From assembly GCA_023246655.1 (NCBI GenBank), contig JAHFHX010000006.1, forward strand, positions 1-54,958: DNA of 54,958 nucleotides, written 5' to 3'. Below the pieces are notes generated by a model that saw only the letters and a list, made by a program, of their open reading frames with translations, did no database searches and had not been told where the DNA came from. This document shows positions 15,525 through 24,876 of the stretch, piece by piece (position 1 is the first letter of the stretch; the number at the start of each line of letters is the position of its first letter). The DNA comes from Candidatus Magasanikiibacteriota bacterium. GTDB lineage: Bacteria; Patescibacteriota; Patescibacteriia; Magasanikbacterales; GWA2-37-8. The position numbers and the translations under genes are program-made.

Positions 15525-17264
15525 GTGTATCACATTTCTATGTTGCCTTCTGGAACTATCAAAAAAATCCTTAAAAAATGTAATTACGCCGTGAGTCCCT
15601 CGCAAGCGCGCGTGACACAAGCTAAGGCAATAAAATTCAATAAAAGCTGGGACGAAATTTTGGTTCAAGATGGGTTGGTTGATGAAAAAAAATTTTATGA
15701 ATGTGCCGCTAAACAGTTGGGTGTTCCTTTGGTAAATTTGCGGGGGCGGGAAATAAGAAAGGAAGTGCTTAATTTAATTCCTGGCCCAGTGGCTGGTACC
15801 CACCAGGTGGTTGCCTTTGACAAGAGTGGCAATGAAATCAAGCTTGCCATGACTGATCCGACTGACCTGCAATCGGTGGAATTCTTACGACGAAAAACTG
15901 GCCTGGAACCAAAGATCTATCTCACCACTCCGGCGGATCTACGTGAAGCACTCCGGCGTTATCATGCCGAGCTTCAAGATGATTTGAAGATTGTCCAAGA
16001 AACTACCGGACAGGTAAGTGCGGGGGATCTTAAAAAAGCGGCCGAAGAGGTTTCCATTGTGAATGTCGTTAATAGCATTTTGGAACATGCTGTTTATGAA
16101 GGGGCCTCGGATATTCATATTGAACCAGCTGAGAAAGAAGTCATAATTCGTTATCGAATTGACGGCGTGTTAAAACCAATTATGACGCTACCAAAAATCA
16201 TCCAGAGCGGCGTTGTGGCCCGCATTAAAATTTTGGCAAACCTCAAACTTGATGAACACATGGTGCCGCAAGATGGCCGATTCAAAATTCAGATTCAGGA
16301 TGACAAGCTCGCATTTCGAGTCTCGGTGCTGCCCATTTACGATGGAGAAAAGATCGTCATGCGTCTTTTACACGAAGGAGCGAAGCCACTGACGCTTGAT
16401 CAATTGGGGCTTTTGCCACTACCACAACAGCTGGTGGAAAATGCCATTAAGAAACCGCACGGCATGATTCTGGTGACTGGTCCGACGGGCTCGGGAAAAA
16501 CAACTACCCTCTATTCGCTGTTAGGTATTTTAAATCAACCCGGTGTAAATATTTCCACAGTCGAAGATCCAATTGAGTATCGCGTCAATGGAGTTAACCA
16601 AAGTCAAATTAATCCTAAAGTTGGTTTTACTTTTGCTACGGGGCTCCGGGCACTTCTCCGCCAAGACCCTAATATTATTATGGTGGGAGAAATTCGCGAT
16701 CAAGAAACTGCCGAAATTGCTATTAACGCGGCCATGACGGGGCACTTAGTACTGTCGACGCTCCATACCAATGATGCCGCTACCACTCTGCCACGCCTTT
16801 TAGACATGGGCGTACCGCCATTTTTAGTGGCGTTTACTGCCAATATCATTATTGCTCAGCGCTTGGTTCGCAAAATCTGCCCGCATTGTAAGCAAGAATG
16901 GCGGCTTAATAAAACTGCTGTTGCTGAGCTTGGTCGCATATTTGATATTGCGCAACTTGTTCCGTTGCTTAAAAAATCTACAACCCTTAAAAGCGAAGAA
17001 AAAAAGTTGGAAAATTTATTATTTTTTCAGGGTACTGGCTGCCGACGTTGTGGCAATACCGGCTATAAAGGACGGATTGGTATTTACGAAATTTTAGAAA
17101 TTGATGAGGAAATTACACGTAAAATTAATCAACGCGCCACGGCCGATGAAATTAAACGCTCGGCCCGAAACAAAGGTATGTTGACCATTTTAGAAGATGG
17201 ACTGATTAAAGCCAAAATGGGAATAACCACCATTAGCGAGGTATTGCGGGTGACGAAAGAGTAA
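15525..17264 (+). CDS. pilB: Type IV pilus assembly ATPase (PilB/GspE family)
   Basis: ASDIHIEP, VTGPTGSGKTTTLY, LRQDPNIIMVGEIRD, GHLVLSTLHTND, Zn-binding CPHC...CRRC. Confidence 0.95.
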   Translation: MYHISMLPSGTIKKILKKCNYAVSPSQARVTQAKAIKFNKSWDEILVQDGLVDEKKFYECAAKQLGVPLVNLRGREIRKEVLNLIPGPVAGTHQVVAFDKSGNEIKLAMTDPTDLQSVEFLRRKTGLEPKIYLTTPADLREALRRYHAELQDDLKIVQETTGQVSAGDLKKAAEEVSIVNVVNSILEHAVYEGASDIHIEPAEKEVIIRYRIDGVLKPIMTLPKIIQSGVVARIKILANLKLDEHMVPQDGRFKIQIQDDKLAFRVSVLPIYDGEKIVMRLLHEGAKPLTLDQLGLLPLPQQLVENAIKKPHGMILVTGPTGSGKTTTLYSLLGILNQPGVNISTVEDPIEYRVNGVNQSQINPKVGFTFATGLRALLRQDPNIIMVGEIRDQETAEIAINAAMTGHLVLSTLHTNDAATTLPRLLDMGVPPFLVAFTANIIIAQRLVRKICPHCKQEWRLNKTAVAELGRIFDIAQLVPLLKKSTTLKSEEKKLENLLFFQGTGCRRCGNTGYKGRIGIYEILEIDEEITRKINQRATADEIKRSARNKGMLTILEDGLIKAKMGITTISEVLRVTKE

Positions 17265-17280
17265 AACGATAATTTTCTGT

Positions 17281-18384
17281 ATGCCACGCGTTAAAAAAAT
17301 CTTTGCCACTGCCGTGTTTCACCATTTCACCTGGTTCGGGCGCCTGCGCCCCATTCCTTTTGTCCAAAAAATTCTTCTGGTACATAATCTGTATATTATG
17401 ATAAAGGCTGGGTTGTCATTGGTGGATGCCCTGCGAATTTTAAGCGAGCAAATAAGCCACCAACGCCTGAAGCATATGGTGGGAGAAATTAAAGCTGGCA
17501 TAGAAAAAGGACGCCAGTTGAGCGAAGTACTACTGGAATTCCCTACCGTATTTCCATCCATCTATGTGAGCATGATTGCTGCTGGTGAAACTGCTGGAAA
17601 ACTAGAGCATGCACTGTTCCAAGTTAATGAACAAATGAAAAAAAGCCATGAATTAATTTCGCGAGTACGCAGTGCGATGATTTATCCGGCTGTAATCTTG
17701 ACCGCCATGATTGGGGTTGGAATTGAAATGGTGGTATTTGTGCTGCCAAAAATTATTGTGCTCTTCAAAGATTTTAATGCTGAACTGCCACTCGCAACAC
17801 GGATTCTGGTGGCGGTGGTAACTTTTATGGAACAGTACGGGCTCTGGGTGTTCATTGGCATAATTATCACTATTGTAACTTTAGTGTGGCTCGAGCGTCG
17901 TCCCACCGTGCGACAAATGGTACATCGTCTGAATCTTTACTTGCCCATCGCAGGAGAAATTATTAAAAAAATTAATACAGCAACATGTACACTAACCTTA
18001 TCATCGCTTCTGCAGAGCACTATCCCTATCATTGATGCTGTTCAGATTACCGCCAGTGTCCAAAGTAATTTAACCTATCGGGAGGCGCTTAAAGCAACGG
18101 CCGAAACGCTTAAAAAAGGCGAACCGCTCTCCACCATCTTAGGGCGTTTCCCTCAATTGTTTTCACCCATGGTAGTACAAATGATTTTAGTTGGTGAACA
18201 GTCTGGCCAGATGGAACAGATGCTCGCTGAATTGTCTGCCTATTATACCAGTGAGGTTGATATAACCATGAAAAATTTTTCTACTATTATTGAACCGGCC
18301 ATTATTATTGTGCTTGGTCTGGCAGTGGCCGGCGTTGCGGTGGCGGTTATTTTACCGATGTATAGTTTGGCCCAAAACTTTTAA
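17281..18384 (+). CDS. pilC: Type IV pilus inner-membrane platform protein (PilC/GspF)
   Basis: Two T2SSF repeats: AGETAGKL...SAMIYP and VGEQSGQME...IIEP. Confidence 0.93.
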   Translation: MPRVKKIFATAVFHHFTWFGRLRPIPFVQKILLVHNLYIMIKAGLSLVDALRILSEQISHQRLKHMVGEIKAGIEKGRQLSEVLLEFPTVFPSIYVSMIAAGETAGKLEHALFQVNEQMKKSHELISRVRSAMIYPAVILTAMIGVGIEMVVFVLPKIIVLFKDFNAELPLATRILVAVVTFMEQYGLWVFIGIIITIVTLVWLERRPTVRQMVHRLNLYLPIAGEIIKKINTATCTLTLSSLLQSTIPIIDAVQITASVQSNLTYREALKATAETLKKGEPLSTILGRFPQLFSPMVVQMILVGEQSGQMEQMLAELSAYYTSEVDITMKNFSTIIEPAIIIVLGLAVAGVAVAVILPMYSLAQNF

Positions 18385-18386
18385 TT

Positions 18387-19484
18387 ATGTTTCTCACCAA
18401 CCCCTTCCCCAATGCCTTTGGTTTAGATATTGGTGATCTGTCTATTAAATTAGTTCAGTTGGAACGCCGACTTTCCTGGCGACGCTGTGACAATTTCCGA
18501 GTCCGCGAAGTGCGCACCATGCGTTTGCCGCCGGGCTTGATTGTGAATGGTGATATTGAACAGCCGGAGTTGGTCCGCAAAAAAATATTACAATTGTTAG
18601 CGTGGCACCCGGGAACAAAACGGCCACTTACAACCAAGTGGGTCGTGGCCAACCTTCCAGAACCAAAGACGTTTCTCAAACTTATTACCGTCTCCGCTCC
18701 GGTTATAGAAGTTAATGATGATGCTATAATTTTTGAAGCAAAAAAACACCTACCGTTTGCCCTTGAAGGGGCCTACCTGGATTGGCAAATCGTACCTGGT
18801 GCTGATTTACAAAACACATCGGTGCTAATCGGCGCGGTGCCCAAGGTAACTGCTGATGCGTATACGTATCTTTTAGAATCAGTTGATCTCCACCCCCTAG
18901 CTTTTGAGATTGAAGCGGCGGCAGTGGCGCGTTCCATGATTACCGGAACAAAACTATATGCCGGTGAAGCCCGGGTGATTCTTGATCTTGGTGCCACTCG
19001 ATCTCATTTGATTGTCTATGATCATGGTTGTATTCAATTCTCAACTACCTTGCCTTTTTCAGGAGAACTTCTCACCATGGCCATTGTCCAACAACTTAAA
19101 ATTGATTACACGATGGCGGAAAAATTAAAACTTGATACGGGACTCCGACATACTACCGCATATCCTATGTATCTTCCGGCTATTCATGGAATTGTGGAAC
19201 AATTGATAACTGATATTAAACGCGCCCTATTATTTTATAAAGAGCATTTTCCGGAGCCTAACCAAATTACTCATATTACGCTGTGTGGTGGTACGGCACA
19301 GTTGAAAAATATATCAACGGTGCTTTCCAGCAAACTTAAAATTAGTTCCCATCCCGGCAATGTATGGAAAAATATTATGTGCGGAACAATGAACGAAATC
19401 GAAAAATCCCAAGGACTATCACTGGCCGCGGTGTTGGGGCTCGCCATCCGTGCAACCCATGAGTATCATGATCTTATGTTATGA
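18387..19484 (+). CDS. pilM: Type IV pilus assembly protein PilM
   Basis: FGLDIGDLSIKLV, ILDLGATRS, ITLCGGTAQL, terminal LGLAIR; actin-like fold. Confidence 0.92.
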   Translation: MFLTNPFPNAFGLDIGDLSIKLVQLERRLSWRRCDNFRVREVRTMRLPPGLIVNGDIEQPELVRKKILQLLAWHPGTKRPLTTKWVVANLPEPKTFLKLITVSAPVIEVNDDAIIFEAKKHLPFALEGAYLDWQIVPGADLQNTSVLIGAVPKVTADAYTYLLESVDLHPLAFEIEAAAVARSMITGTKLYAGEARVILDLGATRSHLIVYDHGCIQFSTTLPFSGELLTMAIVQQLKIDYTMAEKLKLDTGLRHTTAYPMYLPAIHGIVEQLITDIKRALLFYKEHFPEPNQITHITLCGGTAQLKNISTVLSSKLKISSHPGNVWKNIMCGTMNEIEKSQGLSLAAVLGLAIRATHEYHDLML

Positions 19485-20050
19485 TGCAATCGCGTTTAAA
19501 TTTACTTTCACCCTATAAAAAACAGCGGCTTACGCAGCTCGTTCATTTTCTTTTTATTAAAGAGCTTCTGGAACTCACTATTTTAGCGGCCTCACTTATG
19601 GCTATTGTTCACCTTACTGGATGGTATCTACTAACGCAACACTTGGATATCCTGGCTCAGAGTACCACCATTGTTAGTCGTGACTTTTCTCGTCCTCACC
19701 AAACGGTTGTAAAAATGAATAGTTTAATTAAAGCACTACAACGCGCTGGTGATGGTTTTGCGCCCCTGAGTCCCTATCTAGTTGAACTTTCCATGACGTT
19801 ACCAGCCGATATCAGACTCACGATGATCAATTTCGATCGTTCTGAACAACGTCTTACCATTGCTGGGCTGGCCAAGACACGGGCGGCACTACTTTCTTTC
19901 CAAGCGGCTCTTCACCAGCTTTCGTGGCTTGGCACAGTATCTACTCCAACATCGCAGTTGCTGCAGAAAGATAATATTCCTTTTGAAATAAAAGCCCAAT
20001 TGCAACCAGCACCCGCTGTGAAGCCCGTTTCTTTAACCGGTTCTCTATGA
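19481..20050 (+). CDS. pilN: PilN-like protein
   Basis: NLLSP N-terminal motif, one TM helix, LTIAGLAKTR; follows pilM. Confidence 0.8.
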   Translation: MMQSRLNLLSPYKKQRLTQLVHFLFIKELLELTILAASLMAIVHLTGWYLLTQHLDILAQSTTIVSRDFSRPHQTVVKMNSLIKALQRAGDGFAPLSPYLVELSMTLPADIRLTMINFDRSEQRLTIAGLAKTRAALLSFQAALHQLSWLGTVSTPTSQLLQKDNIPFEIKAQLQPAPAVKPVSLTGSL

Positions 20051-20589
20051 TAAAATTATCTATTGAAAAACGGGTCATCCTTTTCGTTGTATTCCTTGGT
20101 TTTATTACTAGTCTAATTATAATTGGAGTAATTATTCCAACCATTCAAGCAATTCAAGAAACCAAAGACCAAACGTATGCCTTACGTTTATTTTTAGAGA
20201 AACGTTACGAACGCGCATCACATCTTAAAGCTTCCGCTAAAAAAATTACCGAAATTAAAACCGCTACGGAACATTTCCCGGAACATATATTTAAACACGG
20301 CGATGAATTGAGACTCATTACCATGCTTGAAAATACCGCCACGGATGCAGGGGTAGACCAAAAAATTACTGCCTCGAATATGGATAACCTGGGCCCATTT
20401 GACCATGAACTACATTTAACATTAACTATCACGGGAACATATACGCGGGTTCTCAGCTATCTCATTAACCTGGAGAAGGGACTGTACTTTTTTAATGTGC
20501 AACGCTTGACCATGACTCCCCGAACCGAGGCAACTGCTCCCGCGAATCTTGTTAACCTTCAACTCGACCTCAATCTCTATGTGGAGTAA
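20047..20589 (+). CDS. pilO: PilO-like protein
   Basis: N-terminal TM, coiled coil, LTLTITGTYTRVLSYLINLE; follows pilN. Confidence 0.78.
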   Translation: MIKLSIEKRVILFVVFLGFITSLIIIGVIIPTIQAIQETKDQTYALRLFLEKRYERASHLKASAKKITEIKTATEHFPEHIFKHGDELRLITMLENTATDAGVDQKITASNMDNLGPFDHELHLTLTITGTYTRVLSYLINLEKGLYFFNVQRLTMTPRTEATAPANLVNLQLDLNLYVE

Positions 20590-20953
20590 AAAATTATTAT
20601 CACATTTTCCTCTGCAGGTGGCGGGGCGCTTTGGTGTCTGGCGTCTGGTAAGCCTCTTGGTGTTTGGTTTCCTCGCAGGCAGTTTTTTGGTCAGTTCTTA
20701 TTTTGTCTATAATCATATTTTTCACACCCTTGATGCAGCTACTACGATCGTTGCTCTTAATGCATCATTAAATGATACTATTGATGTGGCTAACTTTATA
20801 AAAGCAGAAAAAATGTTACAACAGAAACAGTCTGTTTCCCTGTTACCACCAATAATCCGTTTTCCCTTTAACTATGGCAAAATTATATCATCGACCATCG
20901 GCGTATCACCAATAACAACGCCCACTTTGATTCGTCGTCCCTCCCCATTATGA
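20579..20953 (+). CDS. Single-TM protein in the pil operon (PilP-position)
   Basis: ATG 20579 overlaps the pilO end. One TM helix and a Pro/Thr-rich C-terminus. Confidence 0.6.
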   Translation: MWSKKLLSHFPLQVAGRFGVWRLVSLLVFGFLAGSFLVSSYFVYNHIFHTLDAATTIVALNASLNDTIDVANFIKAEKMLQQKQSVSLLPPIIRFPFNYGKIISSTIGVSPITTPTLIRRPSPL

Positions 20954-22224
20954 GCTTGTCTTCCCCCGTGCGATGGTGGTTTATATTAGGGCGCGAACCC
21001 CTGCTCTCATTAGCGGAGTTGTTTGCTGTTCTCAAAATTCCTCTTACCAGTTGGCCCACAAACCGTGCTGAGTATATAACACCGCTTTGTCGAATTTCAG
21101 GAACCTTTGACGAAGCATCAATGGTGATACAGCAACTGGGTGGAACCGTAAAAATTGCCGCGGAGCTTGACCGTGGCCTATCTGAATCAGCGCTGGTTGC
21201 AGCAATTCTAAAAGAACTTCGGACGATTGAGGGAAAAATTCATTTTGGCATTAGTTGGTACGGCGCAGAACCTGGAGCCTGGAGCCTACAACGTATTGAA
21301 CACTGGGGAAAAGAAATAAAAAAGCAATTAACTGTGGCTGGCCGTTCGGTGCGCTATATTTATAAAGGAGAAACCACACTCTCCTCAGTGACCGTAGCGA
21401 AAAATGGATTAGACAAGCGCGGACGTGAGTTTATTATTACACGGATTAATGGTAAGGATTCCACGGATTCTAATTACTATGGACTGGCCAAAACCATCGC
21501 TGTCCAACCCTTCGAGGAATTCAGTGCCCGTGATTTTGGCCGCCCCGGGCGGGATAGTCGTAGTGGTATGCTACCCCCCAAATTGGCCATGATGATGATT
21601 AACATCGCAACCGCTTCACTTCCTCAGTTCACAATCCATAGCTCACAGTTCACAGTCCTTGATCCGTTTTGCGGTTCTGGAACAATTCTGACTGAAGCGG
21701 TGTTATTGAGCTACAAAAATATTATCGGCGCTGATGTATCTACCAAAGCGGTTGCGGACACCAAACAAAATTTTGATTGGCTCAATCATCACTACTCACC
21801 ACTCTCTACTCACTACTCCCTACAATTGTTTCAATCCGATGTCCGCGACCTCTCCCAAAAAATTCCACAACATTCAGTTGATGCTATTGTTACCGAACCC
21901 TACCTTGGTCCGCCACTGAGAAGCCGGGAATCTCTGGAACAAATAAAAAAGAATTGCCAAGAACTCTTCGGCCTCTATCGCGATGCCTTTGTGGAATTTA
22001 AAAAAGTGTTGCGGCCTGGTGGTATAACGGTGTTTATTATCCCTCGCTTTTTTGTTGGCGGAGCCTGGCATACTATTTCTGATAAATTAATCCCTGAGCT
22101 GAAGACACTTGGATTTACTAAAGAACGATTGCTGCCTACGGAGATTACTCCCACTACCTATATTTTGTATCATCGACCCGAGCAAATGGTGGGACGGGAA
22201 ATTTGGAAATTTCGATTAACATAA
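20950..22224 (+). CDS. Trm11/TrmG10-like SAM-dependent RNA methyltransferase
   Basis: GMLPPKLAMMMIN, VLDPFCGSGTIL, AIVTEPYLGP, FKKVLRPGG. Two heptamer-repeat insertions. Confidence 0.8.
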   Translation: MSLSSPVRWWFILGREPLLSLAELFAVLKIPLTSWPTNRAEYITPLCRISGTFDEASMVIQQLGGTVKIAAELDRGLSESALVAAILKELRTIEGKIHFGISWYGAEPGAWSLQRIEHWGKEIKKQLTVAGRSVRYIYKGETTLSSVTVAKNGLDKRGREFIITRINGKDSTDSNYYGLAKTIAVQPFEEFSARDFGRPGRDSRSGMLPPKLAMMMINIATASLPQFTIHSSQFTVLDPFCGSGTILTEAVLLSYKNIIGADVSTKAVADTKQNFDWLNHHYSPLSTHYSLQLFQSDVRDLSQKIPQHSVDAIVTEPYLGPPLRSRESLEQIKKNCQELFGLYRDAFVEFKKVLRPGGITVFIIPRFFVGGAWHTISDKLIPELKTLGFTKERLLPTEITPTTYILYHRPEQMVGREIWKFRLT

Positions 22225-22248
22225 AGACGCTCTTTTTCCGGAGCGTCT
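22225..22248. terminator. Hairpin terminator between convergent genes
   Basis: AGACGCTC-8 nt-GAGCGTCT. Confidence 0.6.
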
Positions 22249-22276
22249 CTATAGCTTAGATCGATATGACTGTTAC

Positions 22277-23929
22277 CTATCGAATCGGCGAACTGGCTGG
22301 ACTCGGTTTCTGATAGTTGAAGTAATAGTAGTTTGAAGTTGGTCCGACGGAATCATCTTGATACGTAGCGCGGAGGCGAACACGATAGCGACCGGTCGTG
22401 CCCAGTGGTGCTGTAGTGGCGACTCCGGCATCGAATGTATTGTAATAGCGATATTCGCCCCAACTCTCTTTGTTTAAGTCAAAATAATCAAGCATGATGG
22501 TATATTTTACTGCACCACCCACCGCTGTCCATTCTAAGTTTACTGACGGTGAATCGCTCACAACCACAGCACTGTTCTCTGGTGTAGAGAGACGCGGAGC
22601 AACCATTTCTTTGCTGATGCCAGCAGCTGGTTTGGGAGCTAGAAAATAAGCATAGTCAGTCCAGGCGCTCGATGCGCCACTGTCGGTGACGGCACGTAAC
22701 CGTACGCGATAGGTAATTCCCGGAACCAAACTATACACTTTATACGCATAGCTATTGTCGGTAGTACCAGGGGCAGCAGTTATCCGTTCATAATCCATTG
22801 GTGACCAGCTGCCAGCTATCTTGCAACCGTCACAATCGAGTTCCATATCAAAAGTCTTGGTTCCCGATGGGTAATTCCAATTTAATATGGCGTTGTTGCT
22901 GACGGTGACCATGGCTGATAACCCGGTCGGCACCACAATACCCGCTGGACCAGCAACCGGGACAACAACTGTGGAGGCGGGAGGTTGTGAAGCAACATCA
23001 GGAGGATTATCATAATAAAAATATCGATACTCCGACCAATCACTTCGATTCCCGCTCGCATCCAACGCTTGCACCCGTAACCGATAGGTGTGGCCTGGTG
23101 CGACTAAACGTATTCCATCATAACTCGGAGTGGTTATATTATTAAAATATCCTTTTGATTGACCGCTCCACTCTGGGGCGGTAGCTGAACAACAGTGATC
23201 AAATTCTATTTCCACACTATAGCTGGCAGCACCACTTACCGGTGTCCAGCGTATACTTAGAGTGTCGCTGCGCTTTGGCACTACCTGATATTGATCTGGA
23301 TAGGTTATGACTGGCCGAGCTAATAAAGAAGCCGGCGTTACGGTTTGTACTGCAGGAATCGGGGCAGTAACGGAGGAACCAATGGCGATATCAGTAGAGA
23401 CACTAGGTAATAGTGCTGAGCTAGCTGAACGACTGGTAGACCTTACAACTGGAGCAGGCAAACGGGTTATTTTTAAGACCCGCACTTTGATATATTCATC
23501 ATTGGTTTCATCGTAGATAGCATATACTCCGCCCCGTTTTACTTCAACACCAAATTTGGTATACAAACCTTCGCTCTCCGCTGGCATTTTCCAATTCATT
23601 CCTTTCATTCGATATACTCCACCTTGACCTTCGTTGTTACCAAAAAACAACAATTTTCCATTTTGAGTACCAATGTAAAAAGCACCATCAGTATACGACG
23701 TATTCTCTTCATTTACAAAATCATATCCCGCATTGGTGCCCTCTTCATTAGAGTGTTCCACGTTAATAACACCGCTCTGTGGGCCAAATCCAAAATCATA
23801 ATAATATCGCAGTGTTACCTTGGCATACGGCGTCCCCGCTGCCTGCGCCGGGCGGGCTGTCACCACAAAACTCAAACAAAGAACGACTGCGCCTAAGAGT
23901 AATGCGCTTATTTTTCGTGTTTTCAACAT
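22277..23929 (-). CDS. Secreted protein with three fibronectin-type-III-like domains
   Basis: Signal peptide ending AQA. Three repeats of the pattern (I/L)xW...Y.(V/I)R(V/L)(Q/R)A...S.(W/P)(S/T).Y.YF. Confidence 0.75.
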   Translation of the reverse strand: MLKTRKISALLLGAVVLCLSFVVTARPAQAAGTPYAKVTLRYYYDFGFGPQSGVINVEHSNEEGTNAGYDFVNEENTSYTDGAFYIGTQNGKLLFFGNNEGQGGVYRMKGMNWKMPAESEGLYTKFGVEVKRGGVYAIYDETNDEYIKVRVLKITRLPAPVVRSTSRSASSALLPSVSTDIAIGSSVTAPIPAVQTVTPASLLARPVITYPDQYQVVPKRSDTLSIRWTPVSGAASYSVEIEFDHCCSATAPEWSGQSKGYFNNITTPSYDGIRLVAPGHTYRLRVQALDASGNRSDWSEYRYFYYDNPPDVASQPPASTVVVPVAGPAGIVVPTGLSAMVTVSNNAILNWNYPSGTKTFDMELDCDGCKIAGSWSPMDYERITAAPGTTDNSYAYKVYSLVPGITYRVRLRAVTDSGASSAWTDYAYFLAPKPAAGISKEMVAPRLSTPENSAVVVSDSPSVNLEWTAVGGAVKYTIMLDYFDLNKESWGEYRYYNTFDAGVATTAPLGTTGRYRVRLRATYQDDSVGPTSNYYYFNYQKPSPASSPIR

Positions 23930-24014
23930 AGGATTATATGTAATAACTAATTAATTCGCATCTCTGTTAATACAAGACGAACCAGCCATTATTTTCTTAC
24001 ATCAAGGCTCACTA

Positions 24015-24743
24015 TTAAAGCCATCGTTCTGCCACCTGACCAACCACATACCCAATAACAGCGGCAACGCTGGCGAGGGTACACATTTCAAGACCAGCAC
24101 GCCACCATGGGCGTTTAGAAAATTTAGTTGTCCCGACTCCCAGAACAAAAAGCCCGACCAACGTTATACCCACCGACCAGGGAACGGCGGACGAAATAGC
24201 AGAAATAAAAAAATAGGGAAATAATGAAATCGATCCACCAATAATATAAGCAATGCCCATGGCGATACCATTTTGAAGTGGTCGTTCCAGACGATCGGGA
24301 ATGATTTTGAGCTCACGATAAGCCATTTCTTGAAGAAATAATTTTTTATTTTGCCTTGCTTCCGCGGCCATCTTTACAGCCAGCTCTTTTGACCAACCAT
24401 CCTTAACATACATACCAACCAATTCTCGCTCTTCTTCCTCGGGCATCTCTTTAAGCTCAATACGTTCTTCGTGGAGTTTGCGTTCCTCAATTTCTTTTTC
24501 CGATTTACTGGACAAATATGATCCTACTGCCATAGAAATTGATTCTACCGAGACAATAACCAAACCAGAAAGAACCACAATAAAATGATTATGACTCCCA
24601 GCAGCAATACCAGTGATCGCGCCCATCGTAGAAACCATTCCATCTTCCATACCAAACACGACCTCACGAATGAGTGAGGTGCGGGGTTGCTTTTGATGAT
24701 GGATGTAATCGGGATTTTTATGGAAATCCATTGGTGAAGACAT
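24015..24743 (-). CDS. VIT1/CCC1 family Fe/Mn transporter
   Basis: IREVVFGMEDGMVS, ISMAVGSYLSSKSE. Start reassigned to ATG 24743 because the longer ORF reads through a repeat element. Confidence 0.92.
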   Translation of the reverse strand: MSSPMDFHKNPDYIHHQKQPRTSLIREVVFGMEDGMVSTMGAITGIAAGSHNHFIVVLSGLVIVSVESISMAVGSYLSSKSEKEIEERKLHEERIELKEMPEEEERELVGMYVKDGWSKELAVKMAAEARQNKKLFLQEMAYRELKIIPDRLERPLQNGIAMGIAYIIGGSISLFPYFFISAISSAVPWSVGITLVGLFVLGVGTTKFSKRPWWRAGLEMCTLASVAAVIGYVVGQVAERWL

Positions 24744-24758
24744 GGTATGTAAATTATT

Positions 24759-24875
24759 TGTCATCGCGAGGAATCCCGAGCACTCGGGACGACGCGGCGA
24801 TCTCCCCATTTTAATAACGGCTCAAGTGAGGGGGATTGCTTCGTCGTCGCTGCCAAGCTCCTTCTCGCAATGACA
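24759..24875. mobile_element. Palindromic REP/MITE-like element
   Basis: TGTCATCGCGAG...CTCGCAATGACA terminal inverted repeats, internal CCCGAG-CA-CTCGGG hairpin and GCGATCTC/GGGATTGCT pairing. Confidence 0.85.
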
Positions 24876-24876
24876 C

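Noticed and set aside
24744-24809. N-terminal extension of the VIT1 ORF
   Set aside because: It is read-through of the palindromic element. It cannot be fully excluded as a second coding capture, but no SD supports it.
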